From a virus (lineage: Duplodnaviria; Caudoviricetes): a DNA stretch of 28,859 bases. Below the pieces are notes generated by a model. That model did no database searches, was not told the DNA's origin, and saw only the letters and a list, made by a program, of their open reading frames with translations. Where the stretch lies: positions 1-28,859 of IMG/VR virus record IMGVR_UViG_3300011339_000040; one strand, 5' to 3'. Positions 7,108 to 16,854 of the stretch are shown here, piece by piece. Position 1 is the first letter of the stretch. Each line of letters begins with the position of its first letter. A program made the translations under genes and the position numbers.

Positions 7108-10100
7108 ATTCGTTCTTGCCAAAGACGCTATAGGGTTTATACCTAAGTTTCGGTTCTACTTCCTCAATCATCTTAGGATCAGTTAACTGCACGCCCATTT
7201 CCTCGGCTATATCTTTACTCTTCTCACGTTGTTTGAACGAATCTTGAATAGTTTTGCCGGTAATCTTCTTGATTGGGTGGCGGTCGTTAAACTCATCGAT
7301 CTGATCCAATATACGATCTTCTTGGTCTGTATCCCGTTCCATCCATAAACGGTTAAGAAGAGCGGTCTTTTCGGCATCTACTTTTTGTTCGTGCAGTTTT
7401 GCATCGATTGCTTTCTTTTGGGCTATGGCGAAACGTTCAGGCTGTAAACCCGTCGCTTGCAGTGCAATCTCCCACGCAGAAAAGTCCCCCGCCAACTCTA
7501 TACCTCTACGGGTTCGTCCTTCTTCTGTAGCTATGCGGGCACCAACCAATGGCTTTGAAGCAATTGCAGGTAAAACCTTTTCAAACGCGCGTTCTAGTTG
7601 ACCTTCTTTTGCCAAACCATATGCGTCTATCCAGTTCATGCCTAAACCTACGACAGGGCCAGAGTTAGCAATCGCAGTTTCTAAAACACCTTGTCGCACA
7701 TCAGGTGAGTATCTACCGTCGCGATACCAAAGATCTTTTAGGTCAAGACTTACACGCTCTGATAAAGCACCGCCTGATATCGCCGTACCAGCGCCTCTAG
7801 CTAATATAGCCCCGGTAGCACCACCAAATGTTTCTTGCATGTAGTTACGGAACCAGCTATGCCATTCAAATAAATCTGGATCTTCCTCGTCGTCTCCACC
7901 CCCTGCAAACATAGCCATTATGGGGCCGAGCATAGAGAAGAACGGCATAGCTTCTATACCGCCATACAAGAATGTCATGCCTAAGATACCTGCCATACGG
8001 CGGCGGGCTTCTTTGTACAACTCTTGGCGTTGGGATTCAATTTCGCCTATACGCTGCGTGATGATTGCATCTTTATCTGGATCAGTTTTAAGATCTTTTT
8101 CCAACTGCGCACGGAACTCTTTAAGTTCGTTCTTAGAGAATGGCGCACCAAGAGATAGGTACAGATTGCGCATTACTACGTATGTAGCAAGCACTGCATA
8201 CTGTTTGAACTTGGTCAGCACACTCATTAAAGGTGAGGTGAAATACCTTGGCTTCATTTGTCGGCTGAAATCGCCCAGCGTCTGTCCAGCTATTTCACGG
8301 GACTCAGCAATAGCCGCTTCAAACGCTTCTGCTTCGGTGTACTTTATGGGCTGACCAGTTGTCTTATCCCGTTCAATGACACCTTGCAAATCTGTTTTAT
8401 CCGCGCTCTTAAACTTTTCATACGCAAGCTCAAAGGTTGTCATCAAGACAACTTCGCGGTTCAAGCGTTCTGATTGGTGGAATAAGCCTGACAGCGCCTT
8501 CTTTACATTTTCGTAATTGCCGGTATACAGACCGGATGGGCGCTCGGCTAAATTGTTTATATCGTTAGTTAGAGAGATGGTGATGTCACCGTCAGCTACA
8601 AACAAGTCCGCTGCACGTTGAAGGGTAGGTGTAAGCTTGCCGCCTTCGACAATAGATGGGAACTGCACTTCCAAGAACTTACCCGCCGCCATTGGTGCAA
8701 ACGTTCTTGTCGGTGCGGTAGCTGTGTACTTACCTAGATTCTTTAACATCAAAGCGTTTGCTTTAGCGTAGCCATATCGTGCGCCTATATACGGCATAGC
8801 AATAGTGGTAGCGCCAATGATGTTGAGCATTGCAGTGAACGGCGCCGACAGCATGAAATAGAACGTAGACTCAGACAGCTTACCCGCCACCTTTGCGGCA
8901 GTGCTGGTGTCTTCGGTACTTAAAATAGTTTTAGTACGTGCCTCTACCTCTTTTATATAGTCATCGTATATAGCTTGTCTTGCAGGAGGGAAATTTTTAA
9001 TGTACTCGCGTGCGTTTACCAAGTTACCCAGAAACGCTTCCGCATACTTAAGTCGTGATTGCTGATAAGCGCTGTGCACGGCAGTGGTCGCAAACACTCG
9101 CAACATGTCCTCACTTGCACCCTGTACGGATTTACGATTAATGAACATCTTACGCATACTGGTCTGCGGCAGTGTTATATACAGCAGTTGGTTAAGCGTA
9201 TCCTTCATCTCGTCTTTGAGCTTTGCCGCCGCCGAAGCTCCAGTCTCGGTGGCTAAATTTAGACTGCTACCAATGTTGTCTATTAACTTTTGCGCATCCT
9301 GAATGACTTTGGTCGTGGACATAGACGAAAATAAATCTGATGTCCCGCTTCCAGAATGCACAGTCTCCGCCAATGACTGCTGCTGCTTGTTCCCCGCCGC
9401 AAGTTCTTTGATGCGCTTCTTCATTGTCAAGTCGCGTGTCGAGCGACTCTCGAAGGTGTAGAACTCTTTAAAGTTGCCCGAGCCAATTTGAAACCAGTGG
9501 TCTCCAAAACGGCGTAGTGGGAAGTAAGGCTTAACCAATTTATCTGGGCCAAACTGGGCGTCAATATCCTTGAGGCGCTGCGCAATCTCAGTAGGCGTGC
9601 CGTGTGCTTTTGCACGTTCTTTTAACGTATCCACCATGTCTTTAACCGAGTCGGCATAGAAGTCTCGCACTTCACGATAGATCTCTTTAAAGTCTTTATC
9701 CAGCGCATCCCATGCATCTTGGAGCGGCTTGTTAAGCGTGCCTGCTTTAGCAGTATCGGGGTCGATGCCACGCATTGTTGCTTCCAGCATTACCCGACTC
9801 ATCAGAGCCGACATCTGCGGATCCCTGCGCTGCGCGGCTACCCACTTAACTGTAGTGCTTTCAGCACGTTTAAGTTTTGTGCCACGGTAAGAAAGCATCT
9901 GCTCAATAACTTTAATCGCGCCGGTCAACTGTGGAAACTTTGTGGCTGTTACATCAGCAAGTTGGCGTAAGTTTAAAAAGCCAAGCATAGCTTTTCTGAC
10001 GTTGCCGCCTTCTGCACTCCACAAGGTTGAAGACATTTCTTTACGGGCTTCATCCCATGAGATACGCCCCTTTATGGCATCGTTAATTACGTCTATATAA

Positions 10101-13100
10101 GTCCGCGCCACACTTTCGGCAGTGCGAGCCGTATCTGGTGTAGATATAGGCCCTCTAGGTTTTTGAGTACGTTTACCTCTAGCAAACTTTGGCCCCGAGG
10201 AAGCAGTAGTGCTGGGCACTTCCGCAGAGAAAAGTTTTTCTGCTTGAACCATTGCGCTTGAGGCAAGGTTATTCATACCAAACAAGTCCAATACCTTTTG
10301 GATAAACGCAGTAAGCAGCCCACCCTTTTGGCCTTTTACTTTATAGGGTATGACTCTTAGCTGGTCTTGGAATTTCTTATTAGTAAATACCTCGGAGACG
10401 AATTCATAGATGTTCGTCATGCCGTAATGACCGGGTGGCAGAACCTTTTCGGCGTATCTGTACATGTCCCATAAGGCTTGTACCGCTTCTTGCTGCTCGG
10501 GCGTTAACTTGGTCGTGTCCTTTGCCAGCATAGCTACAGTAGCCGCATGCACAACCTCATGCAGCATGACTCGGTTACCTGTACCTGTGCGGGTCTTGGT
10601 GTTTAACGTAACTTCATTAAACTGAGGGAAGTACGCGCCGGGCGCAGTAAGTCCGGGGATATTCTTTTCGTACTGTTCTACTACCTCGTTGTACTCATCG
10701 ATAACGGGGCCAAGGTTTAATTTAGAGATAGCCCGCAAACCGGCATCAACTTTTTCAAGGTTTTCTTCGCGGTCGTAATTCTCGAAGTACTTATCGTAAT
10801 AGGTCGGATACGTTACCCGTATATACGTAAATAAACGTTTTTGTTGTTGCGTGGTCTTAAGGTCAATTGCACGCCGAACCAGATTGCGCTCGTTATCAAA
10901 GCTGATGCCCGCATTCAAATTGAGTTCTGCTAAACGCTTTGCAAGCTCAGAGAAGAACCCTGACGTATTACGCGCCATTGCTTTTAACGCACTGGTAATG
11001 TCATTCTCTTGGATTGCAGTTGCTGTCTCAGGGTGCATTCCTGCTAGTTGTGGCAGTGGCTCTTCGCGTGCGGGCAATACCGACGGCGCTTCACCAGTCG
11101 GGCCGTTTTGCGCTAGCTCTTTCTGCAATGCATCTATTTGCTCTTGCAACTTAATAAATTCTTTGCCTTTAGCGGTTGTAGGCTTAGGAGCAGTTCCATT
11201 TTTATTGCGCAAGGCCGCTTGTTTAACCACTAAATCAAACATACTGACTGTGAGGGTATCGGAGCGGGCTTTATTCCCAACTTCTGTATCAATTGAAAAA
11301 ATACGAAAGCCATCTTTAGCCGCAGCTTTTATTTCTTCGGGGGTGTTAAGCCGCCGTAAATCCTCTACGGTATCAGGGTTTAAGTCAAATAAATTGTCTG
11401 CGTTAAATGCATAAATTTCATCGCCCTGCTGCAATGCTTTAACCGCAGAACTGTAGGGGCGGGGTACACCTTCTTCATTTAGTTTAGCTATTACCGCCTC
11501 GGTATCCAGTTCACCGCTTGATTGGGCTTGTTGTTCTTTGACTGGTGCTTCTTGCTTGGTTCCCCAACTGTAAACATCTTTCTGAAGTACTTCTTCGGGG
11601 AACTTTGATTTTGCTGCTGCACGGGCCTCTTCTTCGGTTGGGAACGTGCGCTCAAGTGCGGGGCGCCCACCACGGTCTAGCCAGTCCAACCCATAAGTGC
11701 CATCTTTATAGCGGGTGACTCGGATAGCTGGTGTCGTTTTCTGCGGCACTTCATAGTCTCTAACCATCTTGTCAAACGCATCGCCAGCAGCATCAAGAAC
11801 GTCGGTATCTTTTTCCCCGTTGTCTATGAGAGTATCAATTGTGTTTTGGCGGTAGGAATCTAATGCTTCTTCCAAAGAAGAATATTCCCCCACTTGGTCA
11901 AGCGCGGCATCAAAGTTAGTTTGGGCAATCTTTTGAGCTTCAGTCTTTTTAGCTTTTAGGTCGGCTAACCCATTGTTAAGTAACCCTTTGTCGTCAATCT
12001 GATTCAACAGATTAGCGATATTGCTACGCACTGTGGTTTCGGTGGCATTAGTTCCATTTTCTGAAGGGGTAAAACCAGTATTAATTGCGTCGATATGAGC
12101 GCCAGTCCTACCTACCTTTGGTATAGAACTGTCGTTACGAATATCTCCAATGGTGCTGTCCAACATTGCAGCAGTATTTCGCAATACCTCACTGCCGTAG
12201 TACCCAGCCATTTCCTTACCACCGGTTTTGTTTATCCAACCATCACTACCGATGCCAAAGAATGGATACCATTTACCCGCAGGTACATCTACCTTGCCGC
12301 CGCTACCAGTGCTTAAGTAGAACGGCACTTGCACACCGTTTATATCAACAAGAACAATCTTTCTGCCGCTGTAGTCGATTATGTTATTTTCGCCCGTATT
12401 TTTTACAACAGGTTGACCTTGCCCAGCTTGTGACTGAAATTCATAGGGTATGGGGTTTATATTGATGCCGGGCGCTAATGTACTTGGCTGCGTTCCCGCT
12501 CCCACTCCAGCCCCGCCAGCAACTCCAGTATCTGTACCCAGTTTTTCTCCGACAGGTGTTCTAGTTCCTGTGGTATCTCCTGCGGGGGCTCCGCCGCTAG
12601 AAGTTGGAACGCTAGCTCCAGCTTCTCCACCTCCAGTTCCAGCACCTTTACCGTATAGTTGGTCGAGCTTGGCATTGAGTTCCTCCTCTGTTGGGGGCCT
12701 ACCCAACTGCGCAGTCAGTTGCTCTGTTACTTTTGTTTCTTCAGCTTTTAACTGGTCGTCAAGCGCACGGGAATACTGCGAGTAAATAGCGTTAGTGCCG
12801 CCTGTCAGCGCACCGGGTTTGTCGAGCTTTGTTGCACCATGCAGTTCGGCTACGCTCATAGAGAGTCCAGCCAATGCTTCCATAACCGCTTCAGTCGGCG
12901 ACGCTTTACCAGTAGCGGCGTACTCGCCCAAGTATTCACCAAGACCTTCGCCAACAGTCTCTAACCCCATACCCGCAGCGCCTCGACCAGCTTTTTTAGC
13001 CACCGTGTTTACGCCTTCAAGTGCTTTAGCTTGAGCTTGACGGATCGAAGCTACAAGTGCAGGGTCAGTAAGCCCTTCTCTAGCCATAGCTTCAACAGTT

Positions 13101-13969
13101 GCTTTTTCCACGGCTGCGGTAGTAGCTTCTTTGCTTTGACCAGCGGCTGCTTCTAGTGCCTTGGCTTGAGCTTCTTTAATAGAAGTGGTTGCTTTAGCAG
13201 CGTCGATTCCAGCGCTTTCAATACTACGTACCGTGGCAGTCTCTACCGCTCGGTTAGCCGCACCCATAACCCATTTAGAAGCACCAAAAGTTGCAGCATC
13301 GACGGCAGTGATAGTTGCCCCCTTCTTTACACCTTCTTGCATTGCTTCGTAGCGTTCGGCGTCGGTGAACTTACCATCTTGTGCTTTTTCTTGGGCTTTG
13401 CTACCTAGCTCGAGCGCGGTATTTGCACCAAATAAGCCGACCAAGAACCCAACTGTGCCGCCAATAGCCGTGCCTACCCCGGGGACTACAGAACCTATAG
13501 CCGCACCAGTACCAGCACCCGCCGCACCCGCACCTAGAGCCACAGCAGTGTTAGGTAGCTGGGACACAACCATCTGTAAAGCACCTTCGGGGTTATCGAC
13601 TGTAGCCCCTACTACGTTCTTAATACCCGCCCAGAGACCTTCATCACCTGCTTGTTTACGCTTCTGTATGTCAGCTTGGTACGCTTGTAGTGCCTTGGCT
13701 TGCTCAGGCGAACGCGCGGCAGCAGCTTGGGCTGACTCGACTACGGATTGGTTTGCTCCTACAGCAGTAGCACCGGCAGAGTAGAGGCTACCCCCGGTGT
13801 CTCTTGCGCCGCCGTAAATGGATTTACCCAGCCCAGTTATGAACCCTTCTTCTTCAGGTTTTGGGGCAAACTGTGCAAAGGGGTTTGGCTCTTCTTTTGG
13901 TTGGGCAAACTGCGCAAACGGGTTTTGCTCTTCCTGCGGTTGAGCAAACTGAGCGAATGGATTTGCCAT
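7106..13969 (-). CDS. Giant internal virion/ejection polyvalent protein (glycine zipper, HExxH metallopeptidase, PLxRFG domain)
   Basis: 2287 aa; RBS AGGAAG; HEVVH at 10547-10561 with downstream EFVSE; PYFPLRRFG near 9503-9529; last gene of the virion operon, as for podovirus ejection proteins. Confidence 0.85.
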   Translation of the reverse strand: MANPFAQFAQPQEEQNPFAQFAQPKEEPNPFAQFAPKPEEEGFITGLGKSIYGGARDTGGSLYSAGATAVGANQSVVESAQAAAARSPEQAKALQAYQADIQKRKQAGDEGLWAGIKNVVGATVDNPEGALQMVVSQLPNTAVALGAGAAGAGTGAAIGSVVPGVGTAIGGTVGFLVGLFGANTALELGSKAQEKAQDGKFTDAERYEAMQEGVKKGATITAVDAATFGASKWVMGAANRAVETATVRSIESAGIDAAKATTSIKEAQAKALEAAAGQSKEATTAAVEKATVEAMAREGLTDPALVASIRQAQAKALEGVNTVAKKAGRGAAGMGLETVGEGLGEYLGEYAATGKASPTEAVMEALAGLSMSVAELHGATKLDKPGALTGGTNAIYSQYSRALDDQLKAEETKVTEQLTAQLGRPPTEEELNAKLDQLYGKGAGTGGGEAGASVPTSSGGAPAGDTTGTRTPVGEKLGTDTGVAGGAGVGAGTQPSTLAPGININPIPYEFQSQAGQGQPVVKNTGENNIIDYSGRKIVLVDINGVQVPFYLSTGSGGKVDVPAGKWYPFFGIGSDGWINKTGGKEMAGYYGSEVLRNTAAMLDSTIGDIRNDSSIPKVGRTGAHIDAINTGFTPSENGTNATETTVRSNIANLLNQIDDKGLLNNGLADLKAKKTEAQKIAQTNFDAALDQVGEYSSLEEALDSYRQNTIDTLIDNGEKDTDVLDAAGDAFDKMVRDYEVPQKTTPAIRVTRYKDGTYGLDWLDRGGRPALERTFPTEEEARAAAKSKFPEEVLQKDVYSWGTKQEAPVKEQQAQSSGELDTEAVIAKLNEEGVPRPYSSAVKALQQGDEIYAFNADNLFDLNPDTVEDLRRLNTPEEIKAAAKDGFRIFSIDTEVGNKARSDTLTVSMFDLVVKQAALRNKNGTAPKPTTAKGKEFIKLQEQIDALQKELAQNGPTGEAPSVLPAREEPLPQLAGMHPETATAIQENDITSALKAMARNTSGFFSELAKRLAELNLNAGISFDNERNLVRRAIDLKTTQQQKRLFTYIRVTYPTYYDKYFENYDREENLEKVDAGLRAISKLNLGPVIDEYNEVVEQYEKNIPGLTAPGAYFPQFNEVTLNTKTRTGTGNRVMLHEVVHAATVAMLAKDTTKLTPEQQEAVQALWDMYRYAEKVLPPGHYGMTNIYEFVSEVFTNKKFQDQLRVIPYKVKGQKGGLLTAFIQKVLDLFGMNNLASSAMVQAEKLFSAEVPSTTASSGPKFARGKRTQKPRGPISTPDTARTAESVARTYIDVINDAIKGRISWDEARKEMSSTLWSAEGGNVRKAMLGFLNLRQLADVTATKFPQLTGAIKVIEQMLSYRGTKLKRAESTTVKWVAAQRRDPQMSALMSRVMLEATMRGIDPDTAKAGTLNKPLQDAWDALDKDFKEIYREVRDFYADSVKDMVDTLKERAKAHGTPTEIAQRLKDIDAQFGPDKLVKPYFPLRRFGDHWFQIGSGNFKEFYTFESRSTRDLTMKKRIKELAAGNKQQQSLAETVHSGSGTSDLFSSMSTTKVIQDAQKLIDNIGSSLNLATETGASAAAKLKDEMKDTLNQLLYITLPQTSMRKMFINRKSVQGASEDMLRVFATTAVHSAYQQSRLKYAEAFLGNLVNAREYIKNFPPARQAIYDDYIKEVEARTKTILSTEDTSTAAKVAGKLSESTFYFMLSAPFTAMLNIIGATTIAMPYIGARYGYAKANALMLKNLGKYTATAPTRTFAPMAAGKFLEVQFPSIVEGGKLTPTLQRAADLFVADGDITISLTNDINNLAERPSGLYTGNYENVKKALSGLFHQSERLNREVVLMTTFELAYEKFKSADKTDLQGVIERDKTTGQPIKYTEAEAFEAAIAESREIAGQTLGDFSRQMKPRYFTSPLMSVLTKFKQYAVLATYVVMRNLYLSLGAPFSKNELKEFRAQLEKDLKTDPDKDAIITQRIGEIESQRQELYKEARRRMAGILGMTFLYGGIEAMPFFSMLGPIMAMFAGGGDDEEDPDLFEWHSWFRNYMQETFGGATGAILARGAGTAISGGALSERVSLDLKDLWYRDGRYSPDVRQGVLETAIANSGPVVGLGMNWIDAYGLAKEGQLERAFEKVLPAIASKPLVGARIATEEGRTRRGIELAGDFSAWEIALQATGLQPERFAIAQKKAIDAKLHEQKVDAEKTALLNRLWMERDTDQEDRILDQIDEFNDRHPIKKITGKTIQDSFKQREKSKDIAEEMGVQLTDPKMIEEVEPKLRYKPYSVFGKNE
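13847..13963 (-). repeat. Three 39-nt (13-aa) tandem repeats encoding NPFAQFA-x-x-x-E-E/x
   Basis: NPFAQFAQPQEEQ / NPFAQFAQPKEEP / NPFAQFAPKPEEE at the N-terminus of the giant protein. Confidence 0.9.
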
Positions 13970-13970
13970 G

Positions 13971-16448
13971 TTATCTTCCTAAAGCACGAGCAGCCGCCCC
14001 CGGCCCAAACGTCTGGTCAAAATATTGAATATTTTGCGGCGATGGGTTTTTCTTTAGTATATCTATAGCTTGAGGTGGCACAGCCACAGGTGCTGCTTGC
14101 TGTGCAGGTGCATTCGGCGCAGGTTGCGCTGCTGCCCCCGGTGCGGATTGAGGAGTTTCCCCAGTGTGCATGCCGAGGTATTTGTTAAATAGCTTCTCCT
14201 CAAATGCTGCGACCTGCTCAGGAGTACCCTTTTTCTTAAGTTCGTTATATTCTTTTCTAGCTGCGCCGCCCGGCCCAATAGCCTCGCTATAGTCTTTCGC
14301 CGCTTTCTCGCGTGCAGTAGCTTCGATCCGTGCATCGACACCGCCCATGCCGGTTTTCGTTTGGGCAAGGTACTCCTTCAGCGCCTTATCTCTTACTTGT
14401 GCTTCGGGCATATCTGGATTTTGGCGTCTTATCTCATCGGCTTTTATCTTTACCCCTTCCATTTGCGCAGAAGGTTTACTTGCCGATATTCTTGCAGAAC
14501 GTTCGCTCGCGCCTGCGTGAATCCGTGCCGATTCAATAGTAGCGTCCTTACCAAGTTTCGTATTCTCAAGTTGAACGTACATCTTAGAAGTATCAGCAGC
14601 AACACCAGCGTACAGTTCTGCGGCTTTTGATTTTGATGCCTGTGCTTGGTCAGCCTTAGCTATAGCTTTGTCTGTCAAACCGTTGTTGTACAACTGATCT
14701 GCCATAGTAAGTTGCATTTCAGATTGACGTAGGAAACGATCAGCCTCTTTGTGTTCTTTCTTAAGACGCCCGATTTCGCTAATAAGCGTTTCACCAGCAG
14801 CGCCCAGCCCAGAAATAAGTTGACCTTTTCGGGTTTGACCGGGTTTCCTTTCTTGGGTCAACAGTTTTAAGCTTGACATAGCAAACGCAAGACCATTGTC
14901 ACTCTCCATTTTTTCTGGGAGTGCAGTGCGTTCGGCTTTTACTTCTTCCAAATACTTTGGAACTAGGCTAGGCCCGTATAAATCTTTCATTACCTCGCGT
15001 TGTGCCAAGACATCTGTTTTTTGTTGCTCCGGTGTCTGTGGTGTAGTGGCTTGGCGAATGTAGTCAAGCTGCTGTTGCTGGGCTTCTTTTGCTTTGTCTA
15101 GATATGACCCGCCACCAGCAAACGCAACAATACCGCCGCCAGCCATCATTTCTTCTTGCCGGTCTGAAGGAATTTGGTCAAATGCAGAACCAAGACCATT
15201 ACTTAAAGAAGCATGTTGCGCTTGTATTGCGTTTAGCTCGGCAATACGGTCATCAATTGCTTCTACGGTATCAATATCACGGCGAGCAAGTGCGGCTTGT
15301 TTGGCTTTTTGTAAGCCCTCCATGCTGTACATGCCTTCAACGATATGGTCTTTGTTATCTTGGCTTGTTACACCACCACCGGCGTAGGAGGTCATCAGAC
15401 CACCCTCTTTACCAAACAGCCCTGACTTGCCAAAACCGTAAGCTGCGCCGCCTAAGCCTGCCAATGTCTGAACTGCACCGGGGCCTTGGGAGTACATACT
15501 GCTTGTAGATTGCTGACCTAAAGGCAGGCCGCGAATCATGTCGGACATAAAACCCAACTGCTTGTATGGGTAGTTTTGCTGGTTTTGGAAGTCTTGATAA
15601 GCCTGATCCAAAGGACGCTGGGCTTGTTGTTGCATCTGCCCACCGTACACGTTTTGCAACTTGTTGATATCCATGCCTTGCTGGAACTGTTGACCACCCA
15701 ACTGACCAAGTTGACCTGCGCCTTGCAACGCGGTTTGTAAACCTTGAAGCCCTAGACCCGCGCCATATTGACGGGACTGCTCACCCAGTTGTTGGGCTTG
15801 CATACCACGGGCTTGGTCGGCATTAAATTGTTGTTGGGCGTTTGTATATGCGGCGTTTTGTCCTTGAGCCTGAATGTCACCCATCTGTTGACCAAGATTG
15901 CGCTCACGCTCTGCCCGCATAATTGCATCACGACTACCGCCAAAAGCACCGGCTTGGGTAGCTTGACCTTGTTGTTGTGTGCCTTGAATCCCAGATTGCC
16001 GGGCCGCTTCACGTTTATTAATATCAGTGACGCTCTGCTGATACGGATTCATGTAGGCGGTAGCATCAGCTTGACCAAACTTACCACCAGAAAACTGACC
16101 GCCTTGGTAGTTAGCGCCTAAAGCACCAATACCTGCGGCGCTGGCTAAGTCCGTGGCGGTTCCCAATTGCTGCGACGGCTGCATGTTGGCAGCAGCCTGA
16201 AACGACCGCTGTTGCATTGGGCTAAACCCAGCAATACGGTTTGCGCCATATGTTTGATATGGGTTTTGATTGATGTCGGTAAGAGCCGCGCCTTTAGCAA
16301 GGGTATCTTTGGCGTACGGACGCGCCCATTCGGGTAGCTCGGCTACTTGAGTTGTTTTATCTGAAGGTGCGCCGCCCCCGCCACCGCCGCTGTCGCCCAT
16401 ATACCCGCTCAAGGGAAGAAGTTTGCGTTTAAAGTCAAGAATGTTCAT
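13971..16448 (-). CDS. Putative ejection (DNA transfer/pilot) protein
   Basis: 825 aa; Gln/Gly/Ala-rich helical N-terminal half; poly-Gly after a 16-18-aa leader; lies between the GNAT-like gene and the giant protein; ATGA overlap with the upstream stop. Confidence 0.78.
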   Translation of the reverse strand: MNILDFKRKLLPLSGYMGDSGGGGGGAPSDKTTQVAELPEWARPYAKDTLAKGAALTDINQNPYQTYGANRIAGFSPMQQRSFQAAANMQPSQQLGTATDLASAAGIGALGANYQGGQFSGGKFGQADATAYMNPYQQSVTDINKREAARQSGIQGTQQQGQATQAGAFGGSRDAIMRAERERNLGQQMGDIQAQGQNAAYTNAQQQFNADQARGMQAQQLGEQSRQYGAGLGLQGLQTALQGAGQLGQLGGQQFQQGMDINKLQNVYGGQMQQQAQRPLDQAYQDFQNQQNYPYKQLGFMSDMIRGLPLGQQSTSSMYSQGPGAVQTLAGLGGAAYGFGKSGLFGKEGGLMTSYAGGGVTSQDNKDHIVEGMYSMEGLQKAKQAALARRDIDTVEAIDDRIAELNAIQAQHASLSNGLGSAFDQIPSDRQEEMMAGGGIVAFAGGGSYLDKAKEAQQQQLDYIRQATTPQTPEQQKTDVLAQREVMKDLYGPSLVPKYLEEVKAERTALPEKMESDNGLAFAMSSLKLLTQERKPGQTRKGQLISGLGAAGETLISEIGRLKKEHKEADRFLRQSEMQLTMADQLYNNGLTDKAIAKADQAQASKSKAAELYAGVAADTSKMYVQLENTKLGKDATIESARIHAGASERSARISASKPSAQMEGVKIKADEIRRQNPDMPEAQVRDKALKEYLAQTKTGMGGVDARIEATAREKAAKDYSEAIGPGGAARKEYNELKKKGTPEQVAAFEEKLFNKYLGMHTGETPQSAPGAAAQPAPNAPAQQAAPVAVPPQAIDILKKNPSPQNIQYFDQTFGPGAAARALGR

Positions 16449-16852
16449 AGCGTAATCCTCATTACCTGATGAGTGTTTTCCATACCCATCTTTTCATACA
16501 TTTGGGGGAGTGTTCCTTGGGCAAAACATTGCGCTCTTGTAGCGCCATGCAACCGCATCCAATTCTTGGCTTCCTCAAAAACATGGTGTCTAACAATACC
16601 TTTGCCACCCATAAGACTCACATGAGCCATGCGTTCCATTGGTAAATCCCAAAACTCTACTGTGCAAGCACCGGTAACGCCTTCACCGGGTTCTTCCCAT
16701 ACCAAGAGAAACATTTTCCCTGTGCGTATGCTGTACTCAACATGCTGAATTGTTGTGGCAGTCGGGTCTAAGTCAATTGCTTTTTGAATCAAAGGTGCGG
16801 CAACAGGCCACACTTCTGGCAATTCTCTTGGGCTTATTTGATACAAGGGCAT
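16445..16852 (-). CDS. GNAT-fold (acetyltransferase-like) virion assembly protein, positional analogue of P22 gp14/T7 gp13
   Basis: 135 aa alpha/beta pattern ending QMYEKMGM (GNAT motif B-like); immediately precedes an ejection gene. Confidence 0.62.
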   Translation of the reverse strand: MPLYQISPRELPEVWPVAAPLIQKAIDLDPTATTIQHVEYSIRTGKMFLLVWEEPGEGVTGACTVEFWDLPMERMAHVSLMGGKGIVRHHVFEEAKNWMRLHGATRAQCFAQGTLPQMYEKMGMENTHQVMRITL

Positions 16853-16854
16853 GG

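Noticed and set aside
13847-13963. CRISPR-like short repeats
   Set aside because: These are in-frame coding repeats with synonymous variation; there are no unique spacers and no cas genes.
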